DNA of 64,000 nt from Octopus sinensis (GCF_006345805.1 NC_043001.1:87668001-87732000); one strand, 5' to 3'. Positions 14,139 through 28,292 are shown, numbered from the stretch's first letter. The notes: generated by a model from the letters alone, not told the origin. Made by a program: numbers and translations.

Positions 14139-14408
14139 GATGTAACTATTCAGCCATTAGGTTGAGGCAACCTAATTAAATGATCTGGTCACCGCTAGCC
14201 TTGTAAAATATTCAACTAATGATCAAAATATCATAAGTTCAAGTATTCAGGATATTCAATATTAACAACATTCATTTTACCTCAATGTTTATATAGTATA
14301 ACATGTATGTATATAAATATATATCTCAATATCACATACTTAATGTATGTGTGTTGTTAAACACTAGTAGCCATAGTATTTCGTCTAAGAGAGGCACCTT
14401 TAAAGACA

Positions 14409-15560
14409 TATAGAAGGGCTGACTGAAGGGTTCATAGGCTGGCCAAGATATTCTCATGGAATGTGACCAGATCAGGTTTATTTTTCAACATAGTCTCCCT
14501 TGAAGTCCACACTACTTCCATTGGTGTTGCAGTGCTTGGATCTCATTTGTGAAGAAACTTTCATCATGATGGTCAAAAAAGTCATCAACAGTAAATATGA
14601 CATCATCATAATCAGATGGGTCCAAATTAGAACAGGCAAGCTGGTAAATCTGTTCAGAGCCACAATCATGCATAGCAGCCGTTGAAATCAAGGACTTGTT
14701 TGCTGATGAAACAAAACACCTTTTGTCATTTTTCTTGGGCATTTGGTCTTGATAGCTGTTCATAATTGCTTCAGCAAGTTGTAACAGTACTCTCCATTGA
14801 TGGTGTGGCCCTTTTGAATATATTCAATAAACAATGCTTTTTGTATCCACAAAAACTGAGGCCATCATCTTCCCTTCAAATAAAATGACTATAGAAACAC
14901 CCCTCCTCACCTGCTCTTTACAGCAGGTGAAGAGGGGTGTTTCTATTGCATGGATTGTCTCTTCGTCTTTGACTCAAAGTGATGAAGCCAACACTCATCC
15001 TGAGGAAATGTTCAAGGATCTCCCTCAAACAATGACTGATTTTCTCATGATGTGATCACACTTTTGAGGGGTGTCAGAAGATGTGACACCCTCTGAGTAG
15101 AAACCTTTGACATGCCAAGTTCATTGTGCAGAATTGTGGAGGCACATGGCCTAGTGGTTAGAGCAGCAGACTCGTGGTCGAGGGAGCACGGGTTCGAATC
15201 TCAGACCGGGTGATGTGTGTGTTTATGAGCCAAACACCTAAGCTCCACGTGGCTCTGGCAGAAGGTAATGGCGAACTTCCGCTGATTCTTTCGCCACAAC
15301 TTTCTCTCACTCTTTCCTCCTGCATCTTGCAGCTCACCTGTGACGGACCAGCGTCCCTTCCAGGTGGGGAACCTATACGCCAAGGAAACTGGGAAACCAG
15401 CCCTTATGAGCCAGGCATGGCTTGAGAAGGAACAAACAACAGCGTTGTGCAGAATGAGTAGTGAGCAGAGTACTCCTCAGTGAGTAATTACTACTTCTGA
15501 GGTTCTGCTAACTAGGAAACATATGTAGCCTGGATTTTAGTTACTCCATTCTCTGAATTT
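14409..15560 (-). mobile_element. Degenerate irritans-like mariner remnant interrupted by a SINE
   Basis: C-terminal ALQHQWK...VDFKGDYVEK-type translation; TIR-like agggctgactgaagggttc at 14415. Confidence 0.7.
15135..15444 (+). mobile_element. tRNA-derived SINE (family C)
   Basis: A/B boxes; 11-bp TSD ttgtgcagaat at 15124-15134 and 15445-15455. Confidence 0.92.
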
Positions 15561-15775
15561 GGATTTTTATTTGCATACACAACAACCTGAGTTGTTAACC
15601 GTAAACTATAAAATAACTGTTTTCAGCTTATTGAACTTTGATATGAGAAAAATTTACAATCTTCTACATCAATAAACCATTATTATTTCTGAGTTGTTTT
15701 TTTATACCTTCTACAGATTGACCAAAGCTTACTAGCTTCTTACACCTGGGTCCTTGGATCTTACCTAAACATATA

Positions 15776-15901
15776 TATGTATGTATGTGTGTATGTATGT
15801 ATGTATGTATGTATGTATGTATGTATGTATGTATGTATGTATGTATGCATGCATGCATGCATGCATGTATGTATGTATGTATGTATGTATGTATGTATGT
15901 A

Positions 15902-15932
<31 letters not shown>

Positions 15933-16030
15933 ACATGTGTGTGTGTGTCTGTGTATGTATGTATGCATGCATGTATGTATGTATGTATGTATACATGTGT
16001 GTGTGTGGGTGGGTGTGTATGTATGTATGG
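15776..16030. repeat. Compound (TATG)n/(TG)n microsatellite
   Basis: Direct reading of the sequence. Confidence 0.97.
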
Positions 16031-16245
16031 ATGTATGTCAGTCAGTGTTCAGTTTTATTTCAAGATTTCTTGCCAATAGAGAAAGAGCCAGTTTCTAACA
16101 TAGATTCAAGTTTCTTTCATTGGAACAACAGTGTGTTTTTGTTTGTATGTATATATATATGCATGTATATGTGCAGGTTTGTATGTTTTGCTTATGTATG
16201 CATTCTCTTGCATATGGTTGCATATCTAGACATGCTCATATATAT

Positions 16246-17155
16246 TTAAATTATAAACTTCTGGAAAGTTTTACAGAATTTTACAGTTCCACTGATTGAT
16301 TGGATCTGTAGTCTTCGAATTAGCTTTCTTCTTTCTAGTTTTGAGAAGCCTAATTTCTCAAGATTGGTATTTAGGCAGTGTGTTACATATCCTAGGGCTC
16401 CAATAATTACAGATATAAACCTGAACTTGTAATCTGGATAGAGTAACTGCAGATGTCTCAATAATTCAGCATGGGTATTCTCTTTTTCACTGATCTTCAG
16501 CTTTATGTTAACATCTGCTAGACAGCTAATTTCCACAACTGTGCACAGTTTCTCTTCTCCATCCCAAATAATTATATATATCAGGTTTGTTGTGCTTAGA
16601 TTTTTTTGAGGTCTTCACTGGGATATTCCACCAGTACTGTTTTTTATTATGGGTGGCTATGGCTGCTACCATACTGTGGGTTTTTATTTCTTTGTTCTCA
16701 GGGTTATCCTTCCAACGGATTTCATTATAGAGTGTCCTACCTACAACATCATGTCTCATCAGTAGATTACCATGATGACATTTTTGGACAACTGCTTATA
16801 ATATCTTTAATGTGAAGTCCACAAAGTCTGCATCAGTTATCACATTTTACTGCTTTTCCTGCATCTCTATCCCTTTTGTGCATCTGGTACTTGGTTGATG
16901 TTTCCTGTTCCTGGATTACAAACGCATACCCTTCAAAGTGGGAGGTAGTACTCTGGCTATTGGTCCATGATAAACTGCTTTGATGATCAGTGTTAATATC
17001 ATTTTGGAGCTTTCTACTAACATATCCATACATAGTCTTCTGCTCATATAGGCTCATCCTTTTATCTGATGATACATTGCAGTAGAGTCATGCAACTTCT
17101 TTGGGCCTGTATTCTAAGTTATCAGACAAAGATTGCTGTTCATATCTGCCTTCAA
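16246..17155 (-). mobile_element. 3' end of an R4/Dong-like non-LTR retrotransposon (restriction-like endonuclease domain), degenerate
   Basis: IQEQETSTKY..RD, CCHC knuckle region, RHDVV, NKPDI, VEISCLADVN..EKE, IIGALG motifs typical of RLE-clade LINEs. Confidence 0.85.
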
Positions 17156-17478
17156 GTCTTATGTATGTATGTATGTATGTATGTATGTATGTATGTATGT
17201 ATGTATGTTGTAAGTATGTATGTATACAGGCATGTAGTATGCATGTATGCATGCAATTCTGTGTGCATGTATCATCATCATCGTTTAATGTCCGTTTTCC
17301 ATGCTAGCACTTGTATGTATACACACGTGTGTGTGTACATTTGTTTTTGCTAGGTATCCTGTTTCAAGATAGTGCTCTGCAAAATTAAATTTAAATAAAA
17401 ACCCCTCAAAATAGTTAAAGGCAGGTTATCTTTATATTTCTAAATTATTTTTATATTTAAGCATAAATGCACACACAC

Positions 17479-17516
<38 letters not shown>

Positions 17517-17649
17517 TCAATCATCTTCTCTCAACCAACTGCATGTTTCCCTACTGTCAACATAGATCACAATACCTCTCTGTGTTTTACTGTTCTTCCC
17601 ATCTATCTGATGCTCATTCAATGTTTTTCCTCTTGCATTGTTTCCCTTT

Positions 17650-17880
17650 TATTATTTCTTTATTGCCCTCAAGGGACTAAACATAGAGGGGACAAACAAG
17701 GACAGACAAAGGGATTAAGTCGATAACATCAACCCCAGTGTGTAACTGGTACTTAATTTATCGAGCCGGAAAGGATGAAAGGCAAAGTCGACCTTGGCAG
17801 AATTTGAACTCAGAACATAGCGGCAGATGAAATACCGCTAAGCATTTGCCCGGCGTGCTAACATTTCTGCTAGCTCGATG
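17650..17880 (-). mobile_element. Family D SINE
   Basis: Reverse complement of the 40948-41184 copy. Confidence 0.85.
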
Positions 17881-18344
17881 CCTTTTGTTTCCCTTTTATG
17901 TCTCTCTCTCTCTCTCTCACTTTCTCTGCTCATCTGTCTTTCTCTCTCTTGCTATCTATTTCTCTTTCTCTTTTTCATTTTCTGGGTTTCACTTCTCTGC
18001 TTCTCTTTCTCCCCCCCCCTCTTTTCCTTTTCTCTCACACACACTATCCCACTAGAAATCAAGTCACAAAGTAGCAGTTTTAGCAGAAAACATATATAAT
18101 ATACAGCTTCTACTGATTATGCCAGCATACTTTCAGCTACTGAAATTGATAACAGCTGATTTCATTTAATTTAAGTACAAAGTCAAATTTTTTTGAGATG
18201 AGTTCAAATTACATTCATGACCAGATGTAGTCTATCTCTTAATGAAAAATTAGTTACATATTATGTTTCTATTATCAATACCACAAAAAATGTGTGTTTA
18301 CTGCCAACACACATTTTGATCTGAGTAACCAGCAAGATTCAATA

Positions 18345-19145
18345 TATGAGGTCTGATCAATAAATATCTGGACTATTCCATAGTAACAAAGCTAAAGCAT
18401 GCAGAGTGAAGCCACTTGACACAGATTGACCTTGAACTCTGCTGTGCATAAGCACTAAGTTTTAATATTCTAGCTCATTTATGCTGTTTACAGCAGTGCT
18501 TGGAAGGAAGGTGTGTAGCATGTGATTGTTGCATTGACCATAACAGAAAAAGTTGTCATGGTGATACCTAGTCAGAGGCCTACTCAAAGTTGCAGAAAGT
18601 GTATGGAGAGGAGTGTATGATCCGCACACAAGTGTATGAGTGGTTCAGACATTTCCAAGATGGCCAAAAGAATGTTGATATTGATGAATGTTCTGGGAGA
18701 CCCACAACCAGAAGAACTGAGAAAAACATCACAGATGTGGATGCAGCTGTGAGGGGAAACTGTCGAATGGCCATCTGTGAGTTATCAGAGGTTGTGCAGA
18801 TTAATTATGGTTTAGTTGAGTCCATTATCACTGAAAATTTGGGTATGAGACACATGTCTGCCAAGTTTGTACCAAAACTGTTTCAGATGACCAAAAAGAC
18901 ATCTGAGTTTCAGTTGCACAAGATCTCCTTGCTTGTATTGAGAACAATGTAAACTTTTAGAAAATTTTGCATAGGCCTCTGAGCAAATATCACCAAGCTT
19001 TTGCAAAATTTGATGCAGATTCTCCGTTCAACTTTCTCTGTCATGGTCAATGCAGTGATCACACACTACACACCTACCTTCCAAGCACTGCTGTAAACAG
19101 TGGAAGTGAGCTAGTACATTAAAACTTGGTGTGCATGCACAACAG
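18345..19145. mobile_element. Two opposed 5' fragments of one mariner family (18345-18950 +, ~18955-19145 -)
   Basis: HTH region YEWFRHFQDG...SGRPTT...SAKFVPK; TIR-like tatgaggtctgatcaataa; 18440-18556 is reverse-complementary to 19030-19145. Confidence 0.8.
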
Positions 19146-19149
19146 ATAT

Positions 19150-19380
19150 AACTCCTGAAATGCTTCAAAATGTGTTTTGCAATGCTAAGGATAGATTTGA
19201 CATTTGCAGGGTTACAGACAGAACACATGTTGAAAATTTTCAATAAAGTTACATAAGATTTGTAAATCTATTTGTTTTGGTATCATAATAATTAAGAAAT
19301 AAACAAAAAAGTCTGTCAGTTTTTAAAAAAAATTTGCTCAATTTCATTGAAATAGATAGTTAATTTTGAGACACTCTGTA
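19150..19380 (+). mobile_element. 3' end of a Tc1/mariner-superfamily element
   Basis: EMLQNVF...DIC...THVE C-terminus and terminal ttttgagacactctgta. Confidence 0.55.
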
Positions 19381-19607
19381 CAACTAACAACAAGCAATGG
19401 AGATGAAGAAAGCTAGGTATATCTCTTGAAGGCCAACTTGATATAAATTATGACAGTGTCATTGGAAAAGAATTTATTGTACACACCAGCAATCATGAAT
19501 GCTTCTTCTTACAACTTCTCCATAGAGATAAGAGTTCAAGTTCATTTCATTCTCTTTGGATAAAAAAAGGATCAAAGACATTTCCTGAGCCTTAAGTTCA
19601 TAAGACA

Positions 19608-19998
19608 CAGGAGTGGCTGTGTGGTAAGTAACTTGCTTACCAACCACATGGTTCCAGGTTCAGTCCCACTGGTTGGCACCTTGGGCAAGTGTTTTCTACT
19701 ATAGCCTCAGGTTGACCAAATCCTTGTTAGTGGATCGGGAAGACAGAAACTGAAAGAAGCCTGTCGTATATATGTATATGTATATATATGTGTGTGTGCT
19801 TGTGTGTCTGTGTTTGGTTCCCCCCAATATCGCTTGACAATGTGGTGTTTACGTCCCCATAACTTTGCAGTTCGGCAAAAGGGACCGTTAGAATAAGTAT
19901 TAGGCTTACAAAGAATAAGTTCTGGGGTCGATTTCCTTGACTAAAGGCAGTGCTCCAGCATGGCCGCAGTCAAATGACTGAAACAAGCAAAAGAGTAA
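19608..19998 (+). mobile_element. Full-length family E SINE
   Basis: Head tggctgtgtggtaag..aaccacatggttccaggttcagtccc, internal (TA/TG) tract, tail ggccgcagtcaaatgactgaaacaag..agagta; matches 61850-62250. Confidence 0.88.
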
Positions 19999-20499
19999 GG
20001 CTGGTTTCCCTGATTCTGTGGCATATATGTTCCCCACTGAACAGGATGCTGATCCATTGCAAGATTCCCCACTTTTACCAGCTGAGTGGACTGGAGAAAT
20101 GTGAAATGAAGTGTTTTGCTCAAGAACACAATGCATGGCCCAGTTCAGGAATTGAAATCACAATTTTATGATCATGAGTGCAACACCTTAACTACTAAGC
20201 CATGCACCTACACCCTCTTTGGATAGTGAATGGTAAAGTTTGCACCTCCTGCAGAGAGACATACTTCATACTTGGATTACAAGAGAATGATATCCAGTGC
20301 AATGCAACATAGCCAGAAGCTTGTATATCCTAATCAGTCAAGAGCCATAAGGTTCATTATGTTATGCTGTTAAGTGCTGGGAACCATCCATTCTGATTCA
20401 GCTTTGATTCAAGTATTGTAATGACCTTGCTGAAGATTTAAACCATCAAGCTCAAAAATGTGCCCTGGCATAGAAACAGGGTACACAGATGAAATTAAT

Positions 20500-21660
20500 A
20501 ATGCATCCACCATCAAGCTCAAAGATATGAACATCCAAGAACTTCAAAACTTTGATCTCCCTCAACCCAAGTACACTGAAGTCAATAATATTGTAACAGA
20601 AATTTTGAAATAGATGTCATATAACATTGACAATAACAATTTATAAAAACTCACTGTAGATAAGATGGTAGTTGACTCAACTATTTTTTGACAGGGTTCA
20701 TCAACAAGAAACTGGAATTTGCTTCCTTGATATTCATGGTGGAACTGGAAAGACATTTCTGTTAGTCTGTTGCTTGCCAAAGTTCATCAATACAATGCCA
20801 CAGCTACTACACTTGTTTCATTGCATATTGCTGTCACACTCCTTCTTGTGAGGCTATATAGCACATTGTATTCAAGGCTTCTCTTAGATTGGGGAAAAAA
20901 ATGATGGACCTGTATGCAACATTGCCAAGAATTTGGAAAATTGGATGTGTTATTGAGATACCTAATGGTTGTCTGAGATGAATGTACAATGGATATAAAG
21001 GAACTCTGGAGAGCTTTGATAGGACATTGCTGGACATTGGTGAATTTACATGGACAGTAGATCCCAAATAGGAAGAGTAGCAGTGGTGTTGCCTGGTGAA
21101 TTTTACCAGAGCCTTTCAGAGATCCATAAAGAATAAAAACTTAAGAAATATGGGCTTACCATAGATTGTCATTGCTTTGGATCAAAGGTAAAATCTTTAA
21201 ACTCTCTGCTAAGATGAATGTTAATTCTTTTGGGGATGACCTGTTTGGTCATTTTGCCAAAAAATTCTTACAAGTTGAAGAAGGAAGATCTCTTTCCAAT
21301 AGTAATGGCACCATGGATCCAGTTCCTATGTTCAGTGTTTAAGAAAGCAGGTAAATTGATATTGTTGGTATTTCTCAACCTACAATATCATTAACTAGCA
21401 GACAAGGAGCTGTGTGAAAGAAAAACAAAAATGTTTGGCTCAGCAATGTCAGCTGGTAGCTGTTCCAAGTCGTTCTAAGAAATAGTCATTGCTATAAATC
21501 AATAGACACAGTTGGTGATCAAGAGGAAGTAGTTCACAGCAGATTTTTTTAATTCATCTGGACTTTCAAGTTTATCACTATACAAGCACCAACTAAACAA
21601 AGGATACTCAATAATTTAGATTAGCTGTGGCTATACAATGACACAAGACTAATTGTTAAA
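20500..21660 (+). mobile_element. Degenerate Helitron PIF1-like helicase remnant
   Basis: FLDIHGGTGKTFL (Walker A), *DECTMD (motif II), FDRTLLDI, YKSIDTV...FFNSSGLS; many stops. Confidence 0.85.
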
Positions 21661-22039
21661 AAGTTTATGCTACATCTTTATTGATGTAGCATAAACTTAT
21701 CTATGCATATATATATATATACACACACATACACATATGAAGAGTACAAATCTAATATCATATAAGCTGGGACTCATCACAGTTCTAATTATAATTCATA
21801 TGTATCACTGCATGTATTACAGATGTATGAATATCTAAGTTTTGTCTGCATGCTTTCTTTTTCACAAGTTATAAGAAGGATTATATATTTATGGTTGATT
21901 TACTCCTTACATGGAAAATCCAATAATATTCCATTAAATTGTACATACCTTCATTAAGAACCATTCTAGGCTATGGATAGTCATTTTAAAACCTGGGCAA
22001 CATTGGGTATTCTGTCGTATATTAACCATTTAAAAAAAA

Positions 22040-22252
22040 ATAAATGCGCCCTTTTAAAGCCTAGCCAGGCTCATGGGCCCGGTTTCCTGGTTTCAATGGC
22101 GTATGTGTTCCCCAGCTGGATGGGACGCCAGTCCATCGTAGCATTACTCATTTTTGCCAGCTGAGTGGACTGGAGTAACATGAAAGAAAGTGTTTTGCTC
22201 AAGATCACAACGCGTCGCCCGGTCCAGGAATCAAAACCACAATCTTACGATC
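22040..22252 (-). mobile_element. SINE variant with the family C tail
   Basis: gcgcccttttaaagcctagccaggctcatgggcccggtttcc tail as at 26619 and 57300. Confidence 0.8.
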
Positions 22253-22532
22253 CCTTCTTAATGCCAACAACTGTACAGTGTGTAGTGGGTACCTTTTTAG
22301 TGTCATCAGCATTACAGCGGTCACCATGCAGCTCACAAGTCTATGTGCTCCAAGGGAGGGCAGTGTCAACTTTATGCTAGTGGACATAATATTAAAGCAT
22401 GAGGTAGACAGGCAGAGCAGGTTCTTATAAGGGAGCTGTATGGCTACACATTTCAAAGAGAGAGAAAGAATGGCCAGTTGGAGCTGCAAAAAGATAATTA
22501 GTGGAGATGAGGTAAACCCTCAATTAATTAAC

Positions 22533-22588
<56 letters not shown>

Positions 22589-22591
<3 letters not shown>

Positions 22592-23047
22592 TGTGACCGA
22601 CCAGGCTATCTGATGTTGCTACACATTGCTGGTCACAATGCGCTTTGCATTGTTTTAGCCTTCAAATGATGCCACCCCGCTGGCTAAGCGAGCAGGCCAA
22701 CAGAAGAAAGAGTGAGAGAAAGTTGTGCCAAAAGAGTACAGCAGGGATCGCCACCATCCCCTGCTGGACCCTTGTGGAGCTTTAGGTGTTTTTGCTCAAT
22801 AATCACTCACAACACTCGGTCTGGGAATCGAAACCGCGATTCTACAACTGCGAGTCCGCTGCCCTAACCACTGGGCTATTGCGCTTCCACACACACACAC
22901 ATATATATTTATATATATATATATATATCACCGTGACCACCGTGACCGACCAGGTTATCAGATGTTGCTACACATCGCTGGTCACAATGCGCTTCGCATT
23001 GTTTTAGCCTTCAAATGATGCCACCCCGCTGGCTAAGCGAGCAGGCC
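22589..23047 (-). mobile_element. Family A SINE (22589-22890) plus a partial second copy of its 3' part (22929-23047)
   Basis: Reverse complement of 864-1148; the tail is repeated after a (CA)/(TA) tract. Confidence 0.88.
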
Positions 23048-23099
23048 ATATATATATAAATATATAAAAGGTAGATTGTATGATGCTTGTGTATGAATG

Positions 23100-23500
23100 G
23101 TTATACTCCATAGTAGTGAGATATGGTCTCTGAATACAGAAGAGATGAATAGACTAGAGAGAAATGAAGCTAGTATGCTTCAGCAGATATGCAATATCAA
23201 TGAACAACAAAGAGCAAATGTGCTGTGAGAAAAGTTGGGCATAAGAGGAATCAGATGCAGCATGCAAGAGAGAAGACTATGTTGGTTTGGAAATTTGATG
23301 TATATGAATGAAGACAACCGTATAAAGAAGTGCTGATCACTTAAAGTCAATGGCATTGGTGGAAGAGGGAGACCCAGGAAGACATGGGATGAAGTAGTGA
23401 GGACTGGTTTCAAGATGTTGAGCCTCAAGGAGATGACAATGGATTGAGATGCCTGGGGATATGAGCTTCTTGAGAAAACCCACCAATTGCAGTGAAACTG
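23100..23500 (+). mobile_element. RTE-type LINE C-terminal fragment
   Basis: RRLCWFG...GRGRPRKTWDEVV translation, homologous to 54366-54641. Confidence 0.8.
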
Positions 23501-23625
23501 AGTTCTATGAGTGCTGTGTGTTCTACCTATATGTAACAATAAAATTTTCACCCTACCTTGGTAAACCAAACTACATCTCTTCTTTTCCTAACATTTCTTC
23601 TTTTCCATGCACTATGCTTATGTTT

Positions 23626-23933
23626 GTGGAGGCGCAATGACCCAGTGGTTAGGGCAGTGGACTCGTGGTCAGAGGATCGTGGTTTTGATTCCCAGACCCG
23701 GTGTTGTGTGTGTTTATTGAGCAAAAACACCTAAAGCTCCTCGAGGCTTCAGCAGGGGGTGGTGGCAACCCCTGTTGTACTCTTTCGACCCAACTTCCTC
23801 TCACTCTTTCTTCCTGTTTCTTGAGTAATGCTGCGATGGACTGGCATCCCATCCAATTGGGGGGAACACATGCCATAGAAACCAGGAAACCAGGCCCATG
23901 AGCCTGGCTAGGCTTGAAAAGGGCTATAAAAAA
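23626..23933 (+). mobile_element. tRNA-derived SINE (family C)
   Basis: A/B boxes; 11-bp TSD tgcttatgttt / tgctcatgttt with 1 mismatch. Confidence 0.9.
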
Positions 23934-24838
23934 TGCTCATGTTTATCTCTCCTTTTCCACTTCTACAACCCAATCCTGTCTTTGCAGCCCTGCCCACAGT
24001 ATCATTGCTATCCTGTTGTCCCCACCTCCTCTATATACCCAAGTTTCACCAGTCACTGCATCCCCCAACCCATTGCATTCGTGTGAATTCCCTATTCCCT
24101 ACTCATGCACCCTGGCAATACTCTACCATCCCATTTATATTCTCCTCCCCATACCTTAAGAGTGTGCCCTGGTGCATGGCCACCATCTCTCTCTTGCTCT
24201 CTCTCATCCTTTCCTTCTCTTGCACTCTCACACTCTCGCTCTTGTCCACTTTCACACTCTCTCATTTTTGATCATGCCCTCTCTTTCTTTCTCTTCTTCT
24301 CTCTTTATCCCTCTGATTGGGGTAACCATTTATTTCCTCTACAGTAACACATCCATTTCTGTCTTTTTGTCATAGTCTAGCCTCTCATCACCTGGCACAA
24401 TGCTTCCACCTCCTTCAATACTCTTCACCTCGAAGGGTCTTTATCTTTTGAGTTGCTTGGTGTTGGTGCCATGTGAAAAAACATCCAGTCCACTCTGTAA
24501 AGGTGTTGGCATTTGGAAGGGCATCCAGCTGTAAAAAACTGTGCCAAAGCAGATCTTGCCAGTGAAGGTGCCATGTAAAAAGCACCCAGTTCACTCTGTA
24601 AGGTGGTTGGTATTAGGAAGGGCATCCAGTCATAAAAAAAACCATACCAAAAACAGACAGTGAAGCTTGGGTGCAATTTTCTGGCTTGCCAGTTCCTGTC
24701 AAACTGTGCAACCCATGTCGGCATAGAAAACGGGTATCAAATGATGATGATGATGATGATACAAAGACACACACACACATACACACAAACACACACACAC
24801 ACATACCTATCTATCTATCTATCTATCTATCTCTCTCT

Positions 24839-24875
<37 letters not shown>

Positions 24876-24924
24876 CATATATATATAAATAAACATATAT
24901 ATACATTCATATATACATATACAC

Positions 24925-24971
<47 letters not shown>

Positions 24972-25579
24972 ATATATGCATGCGTATAAAAATATATGTA
25001 TACACGCATATATATATATATAATGTGTATATACATAAATATATACATACTTATACACTCACATACATAGATTTATAAGATATAACTACAGATGGGTAAA
25101 AAAAATACATGCACGTGAAACCTGCATCCTTTACACTTATTTATTATTGTTTGTATATCACTAAGATAGGGCTGGTGGAAGTAGAGATGATTATTGTCAG
25201 GTAGAAACACATGTTTCTCCATTCATCAACATGCAAATAACTTGCATAGTAATAATCTATGACGTTAGCATACCTGTGTTGCCTGCTGTTTCTATGTTAT
25301 ACTTCTCCACTTTTTGTTTTTGTTTTTACTCTATATATATCAAACAGCTGCTGCTTCATCTGACCCAGCGCTGTACACAGTCTTGGCATTTAGATTGAAC
25401 ACACGATCTGCTGAATTATTTAATTACATTTATACACACACACACACCACACACACACCAATACGCATACGTATATACATACATACATACACACACACTT
25501 GTTGAAGGATTTATTCATTGAATCACATAGCAGGTATTCAAGTTATAATCTGGATTATTTACAAGCTGAAACCTGAAAA

Positions 25580-25734
25580 GCAGAGGTATGTATGTATGTA
25601 TCTATAGATGGATGGATGGATTTGTGTATGTCTGTATATATGTGTGCATGTATGTATGCATGCATGCATGTATGTATGTGTGTATGTATAGTTAGATGGA
25701 TGAATGGATGGATGCATGCTTGTATGTATGTATG

Positions 25735-25766
<32 letters not shown>

Positions 25767-26220
25767 TGTATGTATGCATGCATGCATGTATGTATGTATG
25801 TATCTACGGATGGATGAATGGATGTGTGTATGTGTGTATATATGTGTGCATATATGTATGTATGTATGCATGCATGTATGTGTGTATGTATAGTTAGATG
25901 GATGAATGGATGCATGGATGTATGTATGTATGTATGTATGTATGTATCTATGGATGGATGGATGGATGGATGTGTGTATGTGTGTATATATGTCTCCATG
26001 TATTTATGTATGTATGCATGTATGTGTGTATATATGTCTGCATGTATTTATGTATGTATGCATGCATGTATGTGTGTATGTATGGTTGGATTGATGAATG
26101 GATGCATGCATGCTTGTATGTATGTATGTATGTATGTATGTATGTCTGATGGACGGATGTATGAATGCATGCATGATTGTATGTATGTATGTATGTATGT
26201 ATGTATGTATGTAGGTTGGT
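25580..26220. repeat. Complex (TATG)/(GATG) array with ~200-bp higher-order periodicity
   Basis: Landmark tagttagatggatgaatggatg at ~25689 and ~25889, with a variant at ~26082. Confidence 0.9.
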
Positions 26221-26269
26221 AGGTAAGGTTTTTCTTCTCTTTCTCTTTTTAATTTAGTAGTAGATTTTC

Positions 26270-27290
26270 ATCGGCCAACTATTGGCAACAAGGTTGTGAA
26301 GAAAAGCATCTTATTTTGTTCATCATTCTTTAAATCTCAAGAAGGTCTTGTAGATTTTTATAGTCCCTGATGTCATAATCATTTGAAGATCAATCATACT
26401 TTGTTCTATATGGGTTGGTATGTGTCCTGTTGTTTCAATAATATGTGTGAAAGTGAAAGTGTAACTTGGGTACTGGATTTGCAAACTCCTTATTAAATAT
26501 CCTCTTTCTCATGCATTTCTTCATCTATACTAGTATCTAGAGGACAGCTGATTTCCACAACAGAACATATCTTCTTGTGATTCCACACAACAATATCTGG
26601 TTGGCTGTATTTTAATTTTTATTCATTATTTATGCGCCCTTTTCAAGCCTAGCCAGGCTCATGGGCCCGGTTTCTTGGTTTCTGTGGCGTATGTGTTCCC
26701 CCAGCTGGATGGGAACCAGTCCATCTCAGCATTACTCAAGAAACAGGAAGAGTGAGAGAAAGTTGGGGTGAAAGAGTACAACAGGGGTCGCCACCAACCC
26801 CTGCCAGAGCCTTGTGGAGCTTTAGGTGTTTTTGCTCAATAAACACACACAACGCCTGGTCTGGGAATTGAAACCGCGATCCTCCGACCACGAGTCCACT
26901 GCCCTAACCACTGGGCCATTGTGCCTCCGTATTTTAATTTGGTGGCTGTTTTAATTTGTAAGATCCACCAATATTCTTTTGATCCATCAGTCTCAACTTC
27001 ATCTGTAGGTACTTTCTTCTTTTGTTATTCTGTTCCAGCTCATTCTGGCCACTGCATTGTGCCTCATAGGAAGATAATATCTAGAAGATATTCTTTCCCA
27101 CTTGGCAATAATGTGGTTGATGTCTTCAGTTTTGGTCTACATTTGTTGTCTGTCAATGTTTTCTGCCTCTTATGCTGTAGGTACTTGGTGAGGATCTCTT
27201 GTTCTTAAATTGCATGGAAGTAGCGTTCATAGTTGGATGTCATGAAATTGTCAGTCCTCCATGCTAAGCCCTTCACAAGATCAATCCCTT
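26270..27290 (-). mobile_element. Second R4/Dong-like RLE LINE 3' remnant, interrupted by a family C SINE (26619-26928, minus)
   Basis: QEQEILTKY, KYSQPDIVVWN, VVEISCPLD motifs; the SINE has a 12-bp TSD gtattttaattt at 26607-26618 and 26929-26940. Confidence 0.8.
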
Positions 27291-28255
27291 CTATGGTTTG
27301 TGTTTTTTGTGCCAAGTCCCCATGTACTATCTTCTGAGTGAGCTGCTACCTACCTATTTACCTACCTACCTACCTACCTACTATAACAAAGACTTAAAAT
27401 TGTATGATAAATTGCCGTCATTTCATTCTCTCTTACCTGTCTGGGTTTGCTTTTCAAGTGCTGTGTTTTTACTGAGATCTCCCTTTTAGTAGAAAGAATA
27501 GCTATAACTCTTTGACTGCTATTTCTAAATTCGGTGTGTGGTGAGGCAATTCGTTGCTAAACCATTAATTGCTTAGTATATATATATATATATATATATA
27601 TTTATCTTACACAATATATATGATATATAAATATATTATATAATATATTTAATATATATATTTAATAACAATGAATATAAAATACATACAAACATAGAAC
27701 AACACTAGTTGAAAATAGTTTACCACGGGGGAACTTTTCTTAAAAGACTTTATATGTAAAACAAAGTCTCTTATGTGAGGTTTCTCATAGACAAAAATAC
27801 CACATCTAGTCTTATTTTGTGTTTCTATGTAAATTGTAAATTTTATGCACATCAAGCATTATAGCATTATATATATTGATTTGTGAATATATACATATTC
27901 GTATATACACACATACACACACATTTGTATATATGTATATTTGTGTATAAATATGCATGAGTATATATATTTGTATTTTTGCACAGCTGTCGTAAGCTTA
28001 TTGTTATACCTAACAACAGCTGTTTCGATGTTATGCTTGTCAATATCTATCAGTAACATTAATTATTTTTTGACAGTATCTCATCCATTGATTGGATAGA
28101 CAACTGACCAAGCTGGATGGGAAGATCTTTGTCAAAACTCCTACTGAACACTTATGCTTCTGACTATGTTTGTCAGTGAACTAACTTTAAAACAATTACT
28201 TCGTGAAAAGATAGTTGGGGGAGGTATGATGTAGTGTAGGTTACTTTCATACTCA

Positions 28256-28292
<37 letters not shown>

